64,000 nucleotides of DNA from Octopus bimaculoides (lineage: Eukaryota): assembly GCF_001194135.2 (NCBI RefSeq), contig NC_068983.1, positions 49,786,271-49,850,270 of the forward strand, given 5' to 3'. The position numbers were made by a program, and so were the translations under genes. Positions 12,350 to 24,947 of this stretch are shown in pieces. The notes beneath the pieces are model-generated. The model did no database searches and had not been told where the DNA came from. It was given only the letters and a program-made list of their open reading frames with translations. The number at the start of each line of letters is the position of its first letter. Position 1 is the first letter of the stretch.

Positions 12350-12775
12350 GAAAGAACGGTTTCAAATTTTGCCACAAGGGTAGCCATTTTAAGGGAGGGT
12401 GTATGCCAATTATATCAACTCCCAGTGTTTCACTGGTACATAATTTATTGACCCTGAACGGATGAAAAGCAAATTCGGCTTTGGCGAAATTTGAACTCAG
12501 AACATAGCGACGGGCGAAATACTGTTAAACAGTTTGTCCAGCTTGCTAACAATTCTGCCAGCTCGCTGCGTTCCTTTTACAAAGTAAAATAATCCTTTCT
12601 ACTACAAGCACAAGAGAGAGGGGGACCAGTCGATTGGATCGACCCTAGTACAGAACTGGTACTTGATTTATATACCCCGAAAGGATGAAAGGAAAAGTCA
12701 ACCTTGGCGGAGTTTGAACTCAGAACGTAGCGATGGGCGAAATACTGTTCAAGCATTTTGCGAAATACTGTTAAA
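12350..12775 (-). mobile_element. Two tandem SINE family A copies
   Basis: Two repeats of GAAAGGCAAAGTC-like...GAATTTGAACTCAGAAC...CGAAATACTG. Confidence 0.8.
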
Positions 12776-12779
12776 ACAT

Positions 12780-13198
12780 AGGCGCAGGAGTGGCTGTGTG
12801 GTATGTAGCTTGGTTACCAACCACATGGTTCCGGGTTCAGTCCCACTGCGTGGCACCTTGGGCAAGTGTCTTCTACTATAGCCTCGTGCCGATCAAAGCC
12901 TTGTGAGTGGATTTGGTGGACGGAAACTGAAAGAAGCCCGTCGTATATATGTGTATATATATATATATATATGTGTGTGTCTCTGTTTGCCCCCCCCCCC
13001 CNNNNNNNNNNNNNNNCCCAACATCGCTTGACAACTGATGCTGGTGTGTTTACGTCCCCGTAACATAGCGGTTCAGCAAAAAGAGACCGATAAAGTAAGT
13101 ACTAGGCTTACAAAGAATAAGTTCTGGCACCGATTTGCTCGACTAAAGGCGGTGCTCCTGCATGGCCGCAGACAACTGACTGAAACAAGTGAAAGAGA
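12780..13198 (+). mobile_element. SINE family B, full length
   Basis: Head GGCGCAGGAGTGGCTGTGTGG...GGTTCCGGGTTCAGTCCC, CORE-like CCTTGGGCAAGTGTCTT, internal (TA)(TG) tract, tail GACTGAAACAAGT. Confidence 0.9.
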
Positions 13199-13554
13199 GT
13201 TTGTCAACGATTTTGGCAGCTCGCTGCTTTCCTTTAATGGAGTAAAATAATAATATGTAAAGTTATGGAGTAGTGAAATGTGAATGTCCTTTGGTTTTAT
13301 TGCAAATTATTCCAATGAACCTGGTGTCGGAGGCCCAGCATGGTACACCCCAGAGGCAACTTTTGTTCCAAGTGACAGCGAAATTTTTATGGCAGATGGC
13401 ATCATAAAACTGCAAGAAATGGAAACAAAGAGATGGGGAAAAAAAAACTTCAAGCCATAGCAAGAAGAAAAATTTGCATTCATTGCGTCTAATTTCTATT
13501 TGTTACTTTATACACAGCAATGCCAGAGATATGAACAGCCGTTATAAAATGAAT

Positions 13555-14180
13555 TAAGCTGACGAGCTGGCAGAATTTTCAGGGCATCTGGCCAAATATT
13601 TAGCAGCATTTCTTGAGTTCAAATCCTGCCAAAGCTTCACTTTACCTGTCATCCTTCTGGAGTCAGTAAAATAATATCAGTAGATAACTGGAGTCGATTT
13701 AATCACCCTAACCCTTCCCTAAAATTGCTGGTCTGATGCCAAAATTTGAAACTATTAAAGGCAGGGAACGGAGAATTGTTGGCCGGTTGGTCAGTGTTAT
13801 TTCTTCTAGCCCTTTACGTTCTGGATTCAAATTCTGCCGATGTAAACTTTACCTTTTATTGTTTCGGGATCGATGAAATAAATACCAGTGAAATACTGGG
13901 GTTGATGTAATCGAGTAACACCTTCCCAATAAAATTGCTAGTTTTGTACCAAAATTTGAAACCATTAAAGGCTGTGAGCTGCCAAACATCTCAGGGCGTC
14001 GGGTAAAATGCTTAGTGGCATTTCTTCTGCCTCTTTCCATCCGGAGTTCAAATCCCGCCGACGTCAATTTTATCTTTCATCGTATCAGGGCCAATGAAAT
14101 TAGTACCAGTTGTATACTGGGTCGTTGTATTCAACTTTCTCCTCACCTCAGAACCATTAACCTTGTGCCAACATCTGAAA
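13555..14180 (+). mobile_element. Three tandem degenerate SINE family A copies
   Basis: Three repeats of G(A/T)TTCAAAT(T/C)C(T/C)GCC...TTT(A)CCTTT...AGTACCAG-like blocks. Confidence 0.7.
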
Positions 14181-15984
14181 GTATTATGAATCAAATCATA
14201 CAATCTTTACCTGTGATTATCTACCTAAATCAGAATTAAGGAAGAAAAAAAAAATCAAGTTATCTATGTTAAAATCACTTAATTGCCTGCAAACACTCTT
14301 GACAATATTCTGTAATGAACCAATACAACGACTGAAGCTAATTTTATTTCGTGGAATTTTGTTTGTACTAAACGCCCATGTTCTAGAGGCAAATTTGTTA
14401 AGAATATATATGAAGTTGTTGCAACATTAGATAAAAAAAAACTTTAGCAGTTAATACAAACACAAGTTTCTTGCCACACTACAGATAGGCGTATCTCCTA
14501 AATCAGTGCTAATGTTGCAGGCAAAATGCATTATGATTAAAGAATTTCTTTGCATTCAGCTTAGCTCTTCAAAAATCTAACACACAAGACACCCTAAATC
14601 TGTCAACATTTATTTGCTTTTTCGTTTTTTTTCTCTGATATATCTGTGTAAGAAGAGATGTTGGACTTTGTGACATTAAAAAGAAGCAGCTGGTGTTTAT
14701 ATTAAAAATGTGTATAACAGAGCCTGAACAAGTGCTGATGTTCTCTACTGAATAAATTATCTTCTGATTCAAAAGATGCTTCATCTTCAATGGAAAGGTA
14801 AAAGCAGTAATAATTCACTGATAAAAAGTGATCCCAGATTTCCAAAGTTTCTCTCTCTCTCTCTGTTAAAGGGGTTCACAAGGAAGATGTTATGAAAGCT
14901 GCCTTAGATACAGTCATCTTCACACATTCAACCCTTTGTCCTGTTTATCACATTTGTTACACAGGATACTTTTATTTCCTTGACATCCATGCATCACATA
15001 TGATATCCAATTAAGTTTTTCTTTTAATCACCAGAATAACTTGAGACTCCTGAAAAATGAGATTTATATTACTCAAAACACATGAAACAAGGTTTAACTA
15101 AGTTTGAAAACAAGCATCGACATTCGGGACAAAGAAATGAAAATGCTTCGGACAGGCAACGAGTTAATCCCCTTGATAATCCGCCTGGGAAACTTCCCTT
15201 GGTTCTATAATACAAACGTTTTGTCTCAAAGGGAACTAAAAAAATCGGTAGACTTTTGGAATAGCTATCTCACATAAATAGGTTTTTTTCGTTAATGTCG
15301 GTGTTTTTCAATGTTTTTGTACCATGCACTTCACAATTTAAACCATAATTTTTCAATGTCTATGCTACTCTTCTCTCTCTCCTGGGAGCCATCATAAAAA
15401 AAAAAAAAAAACTTCCCCCTCGTGTTATAGTTTTTTCTGTATTATGAAACATATGCATTTGGCATGTTTAAGTGGGGTAGGTGGGTTGGAATTTAATCCA
15501 TATAATTTAGATATCACAGCCAACCCCAGCATCGTATCTTTGGAACAGTAACCACCTCTAAAATGAATTTTTTTCATTTTCCTTATTTCTTGTCATTTTA
15601 TTGTATTCCACATTCTGAAGTACTTGAAATTCGAATTTAACAAAAAAAGAAAGAAAAAAATCTTTCTCGACTTCATCGTACCTGTCACGATTAAAATGAA
15701 GGTTTTCGCTTTATTTTCGTTATTTTGTGTATGCTTTTTTTCATACATTTACTATATTGAAAAATCTTTCTATGCGACATAAAAACTAAATTAGAAGAAA
15801 ACCATAAATATATTAACACTTTATTTACGTTGACATAATTCCCTTCAATTTAATTTTACAAACCATTATTTCATCTTCCACACAAGACAGCATCAAATAG
15901 AAAGAAATAAACAGCTATTCCGAAATCTTGCCAAACCTTCCGTCAAAATTCCAAGTTAATTTATGTTTCAAACACCTGCTTAAT

Positions 15985-16165
15985 AAGCCTTTCTACTGTA
16001 AGCACAAGGCCTGAAATTTTGTTGGTGAGGGCCATTTATTTACTTCGACATCAGTGCTTAACTAATACTTATTTTATCGACCGCGTGAGGAGATGAAAGC
16101 AAAATCGACATCGGTTGAATTTGAACTCGGAGCTTAAAAATACATAAGATACTGCTGAGTATTTT
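15985..16165 (-). mobile_element. Degenerate SINE family A
   Basis: CACAAGGCCTGAAATTTT...GAATTTGAACTCGG. Confidence 0.7.
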
Positions 16166-16175
16166 GTCCGGCGCT

Positions 16176-16595
16176 TCTTTTTCTATTCTAGGTACAAGGC
16201 CCGAATTTTTTGGAGAGGGGGCCAGTCGAGTACATCAACCCCACTGCATAACTAGTACTTAATTTATCGACCCCGAAAGGATGAAAGGCAAAGTCGACCT
16301 CGGCAGAATTTGAACTCAACGTAATGGCAGACCGCTAAGCATTTCGCTCGGCCTGCTAACATTTCTTATTTCTTTATTGCCCACAAAGGGCTAAACAGAG
16401 GGGACAAACAAGGACAGACAAAGGGATTAAGTCGATTACATCGACCCCAGTGCGTAACTGGTACTTAATTTATCGAACCCGAAAGGATAAAAGGCAAAGT
16501 CGACCTCGGTGGAATTTGAACTCAGAACGTAACGGCAGACGAAATACCGCTAAGCATTTCGCCCGGTATTCTACCGTTTCTGCCAGCTCACCGCC
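16176..16595 (-). mobile_element. Dimeric SINE family A (tail 1 monomer joined to tail 2 monomer)
   Basis: Junction at ~16362; same arrangement at 43452-43883. Confidence 0.85.
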
Positions 16596-16779
16596 TTCAA
16601 ACATCTACTTCATAAGGACAGTTATTTTACTAAATTCTTCATTATTTTCAAAATTTATTGAAACAATGGCAGTGTATTTCAACAGAAATATGGTAACAAA
16701 AGGGTTAAATAGGAACCCATGATATTTTAAAAATTTTATTGAAGAAATAAAGCTTGAAGATAAACGCTTAAAGATAAGC

Positions 16780-17260
16780 CTTGTAATATCTCTTTCCTTT
16801 GTATTGTGAGGTGTTTGTCAACTAACAATATCGCGTAGAATTTTATGAGACTGTTGGGTCCTATTATTAGTTTTAAAGAAAAGGAGAGATTCTATGCCCA
16901 AATGAAAAATGATGATAACATACAAGATGTGATGTTCCATTCTGATATAATGAATCACCTACAAATTCTCAGCTTGGCACTCTAGAAGGATAAGATTGTT
17001 TATGATTTTACTCGAATAATTTTCAGCGTTCAGAAGAAAAAATTTCTAAAGAGACATATTGTCAAGAAACTTTAGTCAATTTCCTAATCTCAGCAGAAGA
17101 GTAAATTACAATATCTGATAATGGAATAGCATACAAACTGGAAGAATTCAAAAATATATTACAAGGACTGCTTGATAATTGTGTAGCTCCATTTTGCAAC
17201 AAGTTGATACCATGCCCCACTTCCTTTGTAAATTCATTTCAGATAATTAAATGTTTATTC
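16780..17260 (+). pseudogene. hAT (Charlie/SPIN, GTF2IRD2-like) transposase remnant
   Basis: Fragments translate IVRCLST (VRWLS-like) and DVMFHSDIMNHLQILSLAL*KDK (DLxFxxDIxxHLxxLNxxLQG-like), with stops and frameshifts. Confidence 0.55.
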
Positions 17261-17443
17261 TATTATTGAACTTATTTTATACAGCGCTCAGGTACACTAC
17301 AACACTTGAAAAGTTTCATAAAGAAAGGGCATAGCAAAAAGAAACCTACACAAGTAAGTTTCAATCTGACATAGTTTTCTCAAAATTTTACAGAAAATGG
17401 GTAATTTTCAATGAAACTTTCTACAAATGCCTTACAGGAGTAA

Positions 17444-17625
17444 ATTATGATTATATCGGAATTTACCTTGAAAAAAAAAAAAAAATGGTGGGCGTGCGTA
17501 CACACATATACTGACACACATCACAAAATGTTTTGAAAATTTCAAGTTTCATTTTGTGATATGTGTCAGTATATATGTGCAGTCACCATTTCTTTTCTCA
17601 CATTTAAGTTCGATATAGCCGTAAT
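17444..17625. mobile_element. Palindromic MITE-like element
   Basis: CATATACTGACACACATCACAAAATG pairs with CATTTTGTGATATGTGTCAGTATA; outer ATTATGATTATATCGGAATTTA pairs with TAAGTTCGATATAGCCGTAAT. Confidence 0.7.
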
Positions 17626-17626
17626 G

Positions 17627-18560
17627 TAGGGCAGACTGGGACTAGTTGTTACACGGGCAAGTTGTTACAAGCCCATTGTTTCCAACTTCAAGAAATAGGT
17701 AGCACTCGAGTCTCTACCTCGTGAAGGCTAACTCCATAGCATCATGACTGCACAAGTGTATTGCATTGGCGGGCTGTCACTAGGAAAGGTATGGCTTAAA
17801 AAACGATTTTTTACTCCAAAAGTGAAATTTTGCAACAAAGTTATTTCCTTAACTACTAAAACATAAATGGCGTTACTGAAGAAGTTAGTTTGTGGTTCAT
17901 TAGGAAGTTTTGGAAGTTGCCTTCGATACATGAAGGTGTGTCCTGGATACCATGCATTGCTAGTACTGTGTACGAGGCAATCTCTAGAAGTCCATGGTCG
18001 GGGCTAATTGTTACAGTGTATCAACTTATCCCAGGCATGTAACAACTTACCCCTTCTATTTCAGTTTAACACGCTATGCCTAGAAATTACAAAAGGAAGA
18101 CTACAGGAGGGGAGGCAGCTGATTCAGAAAAGGTAAAAAAAAGGCGAAGGGAAAGTAAAGAAAAACAATTAAAGGCAAAATGAAGCAGCCTCGCAGCAAG
18201 CACGTCGCCTTGTCTGCTCAGATTGGTATTCCAACTCCCTTCCAGGAGAAAGAATGGGTGCAATGCATGATCTGTCAAGACTGGGCACACACTGATAGTA
18301 CCGATGAACCACAGGACTTTCTGTGTGATCTGTGTAGTGAGAAGTTAATGGAGAACGATTCCGACTAGACAGCACAGGTAATAATGGTGAAATTGGCTGA
18401 TGAGGACTCTCAGTATCAAAGTTAGGATATGAGGTGGTTCAAATCACAGTTAATTAATTAAAATAATACTTCCTAGATATTTTAAACTTGTTTGTTATCA
18501 TAATTCCGAGTTAACGACAGTTGTAACAAAGTACCCCAGTAAGTATCACAACGTACCCAC
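17627..18560 (+). mobile_element. Internally deleted pogo/Tigger-like DNA transposon (HTH-type start plus PHD-like C-terminus)
   Basis: ATG at 18076 gives MPRNYKRKT; 18180..18368 gives EWVQCMICQDWAH...FLCDLC; terminal GGGCAAGTTGTTACA / TGTAACAA-like repeats. Confidence 0.55.
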
Positions 18561-20304
18561 ACTTGGGAAAAATTATTACAGCTGACATCACCTCATTAAT
18601 TAGAACCTGTCTAATTAATGTTATGTAATTTATGTTTTTTGCTGGTGATAACAATAGATAGATGTTTTACTAATTAAATCTGAAAAGAAACTTCAGCTGT
18701 GTTCATTTATGTGGGTGCCAAGGCAAAAAAATGAAAAAAATGTAACTGTCTCCCTTACACCTGAAAGTCAGTTGCAAAAAAGTACGTTTTTTTGTTAAAG
18801 TTATGAGACAACAATTGTATAGGTATGCCTAGCATGCAACAGCAAGTCAAAGACAGCATTGATAATCAAAATATGCATACATAATACACAGGATAAATTG
18901 TGTAGATTTGCCAGCGACAAATAGACAGAAACGTGAACAGTAAAAAGTCAAAAAGAGCAAACGGTGCATGAGCGCGTCAGGAGTAGTGTTGGCGAATTTT
19001 GAGAAACATGGAATTTTTGAAGGATATAGTGTAATGTCAAAAGTACGTGCACAACACGAGATAAAACACGAAATGACAGAAAAAAAGAGAGCCATAAAGA
19101 GGAATGAGTGCGTAGATACGTCAGGAGTGGTGTTGGCGAATTTCAGGAAACACGAAACTTTTAAGAATGATAAAAGTATATTCATTGTAGAGAAGATAAA
19201 GCATAAAAAGACAGATAAGTGACTTATTGAGGTAGTTCAGTTCTCAAACTTCTGGTTGTATGACACGGCTAAATAAACTACAACAATGATTTAAAAAAAC
19301 AAACGTACAAAACATACTCCTGTACTAACACGGCTTGCAATAATATAAGCCAAATCTCTCTCGAATCAAGTTTTCACATTGTACAAAGGCATATTCGATA
19401 ATGTACTTCTATAGGCTCAAGCTCCGTTGCATGTTGTCTTGCCATATCATAAAGAACATGTAGTGAAGCCTAGAATCAGAAAGTTACAACTTCAGGAACC
19501 GAGATCAGACCATAATCAGGTGATATTCTTTAAATAACAAACAATTACCTTGTATCATGTCCCAGTTGTCCCCGCATAAAAATGAGGTTATAAAAAGGAA
19601 AGCATGCCAGAATCAGCGCAGGGGTTAGAGAAGATTCCATAGAAGACAGACGAACATAGAATTCTTGATTCCTTCTCGACCTGCATTTAAAAGAATTTCT
19701 TCACTCACAATGCACTTCTCCAAGCCAGTATCATCACCTTTAGCCACATAAATAATTAACAAGCCCGACATTGGTAACCTGCAATATTCACAGTTTAACA
19801 TACCAATATAACAACACTAATTAACAAATTTCATATTGATGACCAGTGATGTTCAAGTTCATTTACTTTTCTCCACATTGGTGACTCGTCATCAGAAAGG
19901 TAGCCAAGCCCACAATCTTCCACAGTGATGATCCGGAAGTTTAAACAAGCCATCAACTATGATGACTTTCGGCAAGTGAAAAAAGGCCAGAGACATTATG
20001 TTTTATTATGGTGAGCCGACGCTTAACTACACAACTTCCACTTTACCTACAACAGAACAAACTCGTACATTGAAATCCTCGATGCTAGAAATCGCAGTTG
20101 GCACAAGCCACATAAGCGATCACTGGTTATTTCAACTCGACGCCGACATCAACAGCTGTTTTGCACAGATACATTGCGGAAGAAAGTTTTAAGGACATTA
20201 TTCATGTTACATTCCATTTTATTTTCGTTTAAAACAAAAAGATCTTTTCTTATCTGCAAAAGTCATACATTCACAAACATAACTATATCCTCGCAACAGA
20301 CATC

Positions 20305-20533
20305 TCTTTTACTTGTTTCAGTCATTTAACTGTGGCCATGCTGGAGCACCGCCTTTAGTCGAGCAATTCGACCTCAGGACTTATTTTTGGGAAGCCTAGT
20401 ACTTATTCTATCGGTCTCTTATGCCGAACCGCTAAGTTACGGGGACGCAAACACACCAGCACCGGTTGTAAAGCGATGTTTTTTTTTTGGAGGGGGACAA
20501 ACATACACACAAAAACATACACACACACACACT

Positions 20534-20570
<37 letters not shown>

Positions 20571-20650
20571 GGCAGGCTTCTTTCAGTTTCCGCCTACCAA
20601 ATCCACTCACAAGGCTTTGGTCGGCCCGGGGCTATAGTAGAAGACACTCG
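20305..20650 (-). mobile_element. SINE family B, head-truncated
   Basis: TTTTACTTGTTTCAGTC...(CA)n(TA)n...GCTATAGTAGAAGACAC. Confidence 0.9.
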
Positions 20651-21864
20651 CCTATGTTCAAAGTTATTACATTTTTTTATCTGAAGCCTTCACTTGGAAA
20701 TAAATTCACGTGCCGCATTCAATCCTTAAAAATGCACTAATTTTCAGCAGAATTTACTTGCAGTCAATTACATACATGCTTATTACATGATCCCCTGGAC
20801 TTCTGGTATTTATACACCATCTATGGTGTTCCCTAGCAATCGTTTCCGCTTCATATAGTTGCTTTCAACGTTTACGGATTTCTAAATTTTGCTGCATTTT
20901 CTCGTGATTTTAAATAACGTACACACACACACACACACACATTTAATTACACGTTTGCCATGTTCATGTGTCGCTCTCACACGGAAGGTATACTAACCAT
21001 GCTTTTCTACACCTTACTTCTAGCCAGCTACTTTATAAGACCTTGCTATGTTCACGTCCGCTATAGATATAAGTTTAAAAGGCAGCACATCCAGCATTTA
21101 TTTTACGGTTTCTTTCAGCACAAAATATAAGCACTGCATTGTTCTTTAAGGCATACTTGAAACTTCTCTGTCTCTCTCTCTCTTATTGCATGTGTCCCCA
21201 ATACACTTTCGCTCACATTGACTATATATGAACAATATTTTATTTGGTTACTTACATTTTCAGATGCATTCCTTTTGTAAGAAAATTCCTTGCCATGTAG
21301 CTGTATTGTCGACCAGTTTTCGCTACAATTGTCATCTTTATTCGCTTTCCGTCCAAAGCTCACTGGAGAGAGACTGGTGTAGAATCGCAATCTTACAACT
21401 TTAGTAAATAGGAGCATACTACACATAGATCAGGCGATGTGCTCTGAATATCAACCAATCAGCTTGCAGGAATATTATCCCATATTATAAAATGTTCTAT
21501 CATGTACAAGTTGTTCCGTTTCCGCACAAACAAATGGGTTTAAAATGAAAGCGCGCTAGAATCAGCGCAGACGTTAGGGAAGATTCCAGAGAAGATAAAC
21601 GAACACAAGATTCTGTTCCATTATGGTTGCGCTGCGGCCAAGCTGCAGCAATTAAAATTAATACATATATTCACAAAGCGCGCGCACATGCATATATCGG
21701 CGGAAAACCACTATGTAGATGACGCTAAACAAATTTGCATCCCTCATATACATACATACATACATATGTAGCGTACCCTCGATAATTTTTTATTATGATC
21801 ACTATGGATCGGATAAAAAGATGTGTACAATACAGGACAAACAAATAAACAAACTGTATGAGTT

Positions 21865-24800
21865 CTATGCAAGCCTCACCTTCATTTGATAGTCCAGTTG
21901 GCGGTATAATCTTTATCATAGACTCAGCCGACAGCTGTACTCGTCCCAGATGCGACAACACGTGTTCTACATAAATTATCAAGCTGGAGAGCTGCCGACA
22001 ATGTACAAAAGCGTGTTGGACAGTTTCACTGTCCTGCTCGCATATTGGACATGTCGGTGGCACTGCAAAACCGTGCCTGGATAACTTCTCGCGAACAGGT
22101 AGAGCATTCCTGTAACACTGCCAAGTCAGAGATTTTTGGAAATTATCCAAGTACTCCGACTTGAAGGTTTTACGAAACAGGTTGGTANNNNNNNNNNNNN
22201 NNNNNNNNNNNNNNNNNNNNNNNNNNNNNNNNNNNNNNNNNNNNNNNNNNNNNNNNNNNNNNNNNNNNNNNNNNNNNNNNNNNNNNNNNNNNNNNNNNNN
22301 NNNNNNNNNNNNNNNNNNNNNNNNNNNNNNNNNNNNNNNNNNNNNNNNNNNNNNNNNNNNNNNNNNNNNNNNNNNNNNNNNNNNNNNNNNNNNNNNNNNN
22401 NNNNNNNNNNNNNNNNNNNNNNNNNNNNNNNNNNNNNNNNNNNNNNNNNNNNNNNNNNNNNNNNNNNNNNNNNNNNNNNNNNNNNNNNNNNNNNNNNNNN
22501 NNNNNNNNNNNNNNNNNNNNNNNNNNNNNNNNNNNNNNNNNNNNNNNNNNNNNNNNNNNNNNNNNNNNNNNNNNNNNNNNNNNNNNNNNNNNNNNNNNNN
22601 NNNNNNNNNNNNNNNNNNNNNNNNNNNNNNNNNNNNNNNNNNNNNNNNNNNNNNNNNNNNNNNNNNNNNNNNNNNNNNNNNNNNNNNNNNNNNNNNNNNN
22701 NNNNNNNNNNNNNNNNNNNNNNNNNNNNNNNNNNNNNNNNNNNNNNNNNNNNNNNNNNNNNNNNNNNNNNNNNNNNNNNNNNNNNNNNNNNNNNNNNNNN
22801 NNNNNNNNNNNNNNNNNNNNNNNNNNNNNNNNNNNNNNNNNNNNNNNNNNNNNNNNNNNNNNNNNNNNNNNNNNNNNNNNNNNNNNNNNNNNNNNNNNNN
22901 NNNNNNNNNNNNNNNNNNNNNNNNNNNNNNNNNNNNNNNNNNNNNNNNNNNNNNNNNNNNNNNNNNNNNNNNNNNNNNNNNNNNNNNNNNNNNNNNNNNN
23001 NNNNNNNNNNNNNNNNNNNNNNNNNNNNNNNNNNNNNNNNNNNNNNNNNNNNNNNNNNNNNNNNNNNNNNNNNNNNNNNNNNNNNNNNNNNNNNNNNNAG
23101 ACGTACAGGACCGGGGACAAGGGACACCCTTGACGAACAGACCGCTTGATCGAAAACGGCTCCGTTAGGTAACCGTTTATCTAGACGGTGGACTTGATGC
23201 CGCTGTACATAGCGGAGATCCAACCGCGAAAGCCTGGGCCTATCCCAGGCGCTTCGAGGACGGCCCCCAGGTACCGATGGTCTACCCTATCGAATGCTTC
23301 ACTTTGGTCCAAGTGGACCAATGCCCCTCCTTTGCCGGTTAATTTCCCAACCCTGTCTAAGGTGTAGCGGAGAAGGTGAAGGTTGTCCTGGATCGACCTG
23401 CCTGGGATTGCACAGGTTTGTGCCTTCCCGACAAGGTTCTCCGCGACAGCCGTCAACCTTTTAGCTAACACCTTGGCCAAAATCTTTAACTCTACGTCTA
23501 GTAGAGTTATGGGCCTGTAATTACTAATGCTATCCTCCTTGCTTGGGTCCTTCTGGATCAGCGTCACAACTCCCCGGCTTACAGAACTGGGAATTCTCCC
23601 ATTCTGCTGCCAGTTTACATAGACGCTTGCCAAGACATCCCCAAACAAGTCCGGCATTAAACGATAAAACTCGTAGGGTAGACCATCCAGTCCCGGAGAC
23701 TTTTCCCCAGCGCACTCGGCCAGCACCCGTCTTACCTCCGCGGGAATGATCGGGCCTTCAAAGCATTCAGCCTCACGTGCCGAGAGTCGAGGCCCGCCAG
23801 CTAGGAAGTCCCTTAAGGACTCCCCGCACTCAAGCGGACCGCTCTCCCCGAACACCCGAGCGAAATTCTGGTGAAAGGCCTTTTGCATCTCCTCCTGTCC
23901 ATAGATCCTGCGTCCCTGCTCGTCAGTTAAAGACTTAATACAGGACTTCTTGACCTTCTGACTCTCCACATGGCGAGCCCATCTGGCTACGTTGATACCT
24001 TCTCATTTCCCAGTGCATAACTTAGCTCTGACTCGGCACCCTTCGTGTTTGGCATTGAGGTGACGGTACAAGACCGCTCTCGCCGCCATCACTCTGGATG
24101 CGGAGCCAGATTCCATTGCCTCATCTAGACTCTTGACTAAGTCCCCTTCTATTGTAGTCCTATCTAAACTTAGCTGATTGCTAAATCTAATNNNNNNNNN
24201 NNNNNNNNNNNNNNNNNNNNNNNNNNNNNNNNNNNNNNNNNNNNNNNNNNNNNNNNNNNNNNNNNNNNNNNNNNNNNNNNNNNNNNNNNNNNNNNNNNNN
24301 NNNNNNNNNNNNNNNNNNNNNNNNNNNNNNNNNNNNNNNNNNNNNNNNNNNNNNNNNNNNNNNNNNNNNNNNNNNNNNNNNNNNNNNNNNNNNNNNNNNN
24401 NNNNNNNNNNNNNNNNNNNNNNNNNNNNNNNNNNNNNNNNNNNNNNNNNNNNNNNNNNNNNNNNNNNNNNNNNNNNNNNNNNNNNNNNNNNNNNNNNNNN
24501 NNNNNNNNNNNNNNNNNNNNNNNNNNNNNNNNNNNNNNNNNNNNNNNNNNNNNNNNNNNNNNNNNNNNNNNNNNNNNNNNNNNNNNNNNNNNNNNNNNNN
24601 NNNNNNNNNNNNNNNNNNNNNNNNNNNNNNNNNNNNNNNNNNNNNNNNNNNNNNNNNNNNNNNNNNNNNNNNNNNNNNNNNNNNNNNNNNNNNNNNNNNN
24701 NNNNNNNNNNNNNNNNNNNNNNNNNNNNNNNNNNNNNNNNNNNNNNNNNNNNNNNNNNNNNNNNNNNNNNNNNNNNNNNNNNNNNNNNNNNNNNNNNNNN

Positions 24801-24947
24801 NNNNNNNNNNNNNNNNNNNNNNNNNNNNNNNNNNNNNNNNNNNNNNNNNNNNNNNNNNNNNNNNNNNNNNNNNNNNNNNNNNNNNNNNNNNNNNNNNNNN
24901 NNNNNNNACCTCATTCCACGCACATTTAAACTACCCAATTTAATCAT
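21865..24947 (-). pseudogene. LINE A ORF2 (APE endonuclease, reverse transcriptase, Zn-finger), disrupted
   Basis: ORFs 24003..24947, 23181..23969, 21725..22150; homology to LINE B ends near EGEAC (~21865). Confidence 0.9.

Noticed and set aside
13310-13465. Plus-strand peptide EPGVGGPAWYTPEATF...FMADGIIKLQE
   Set aside because: Only a faint resemblance to a mariner C-terminus; no splice or start support
18395-18425. CTGATGAGGACTCTCAGTATCAAAG hammerhead-like string
   Set aside because: No GAAA and no stem I pairing
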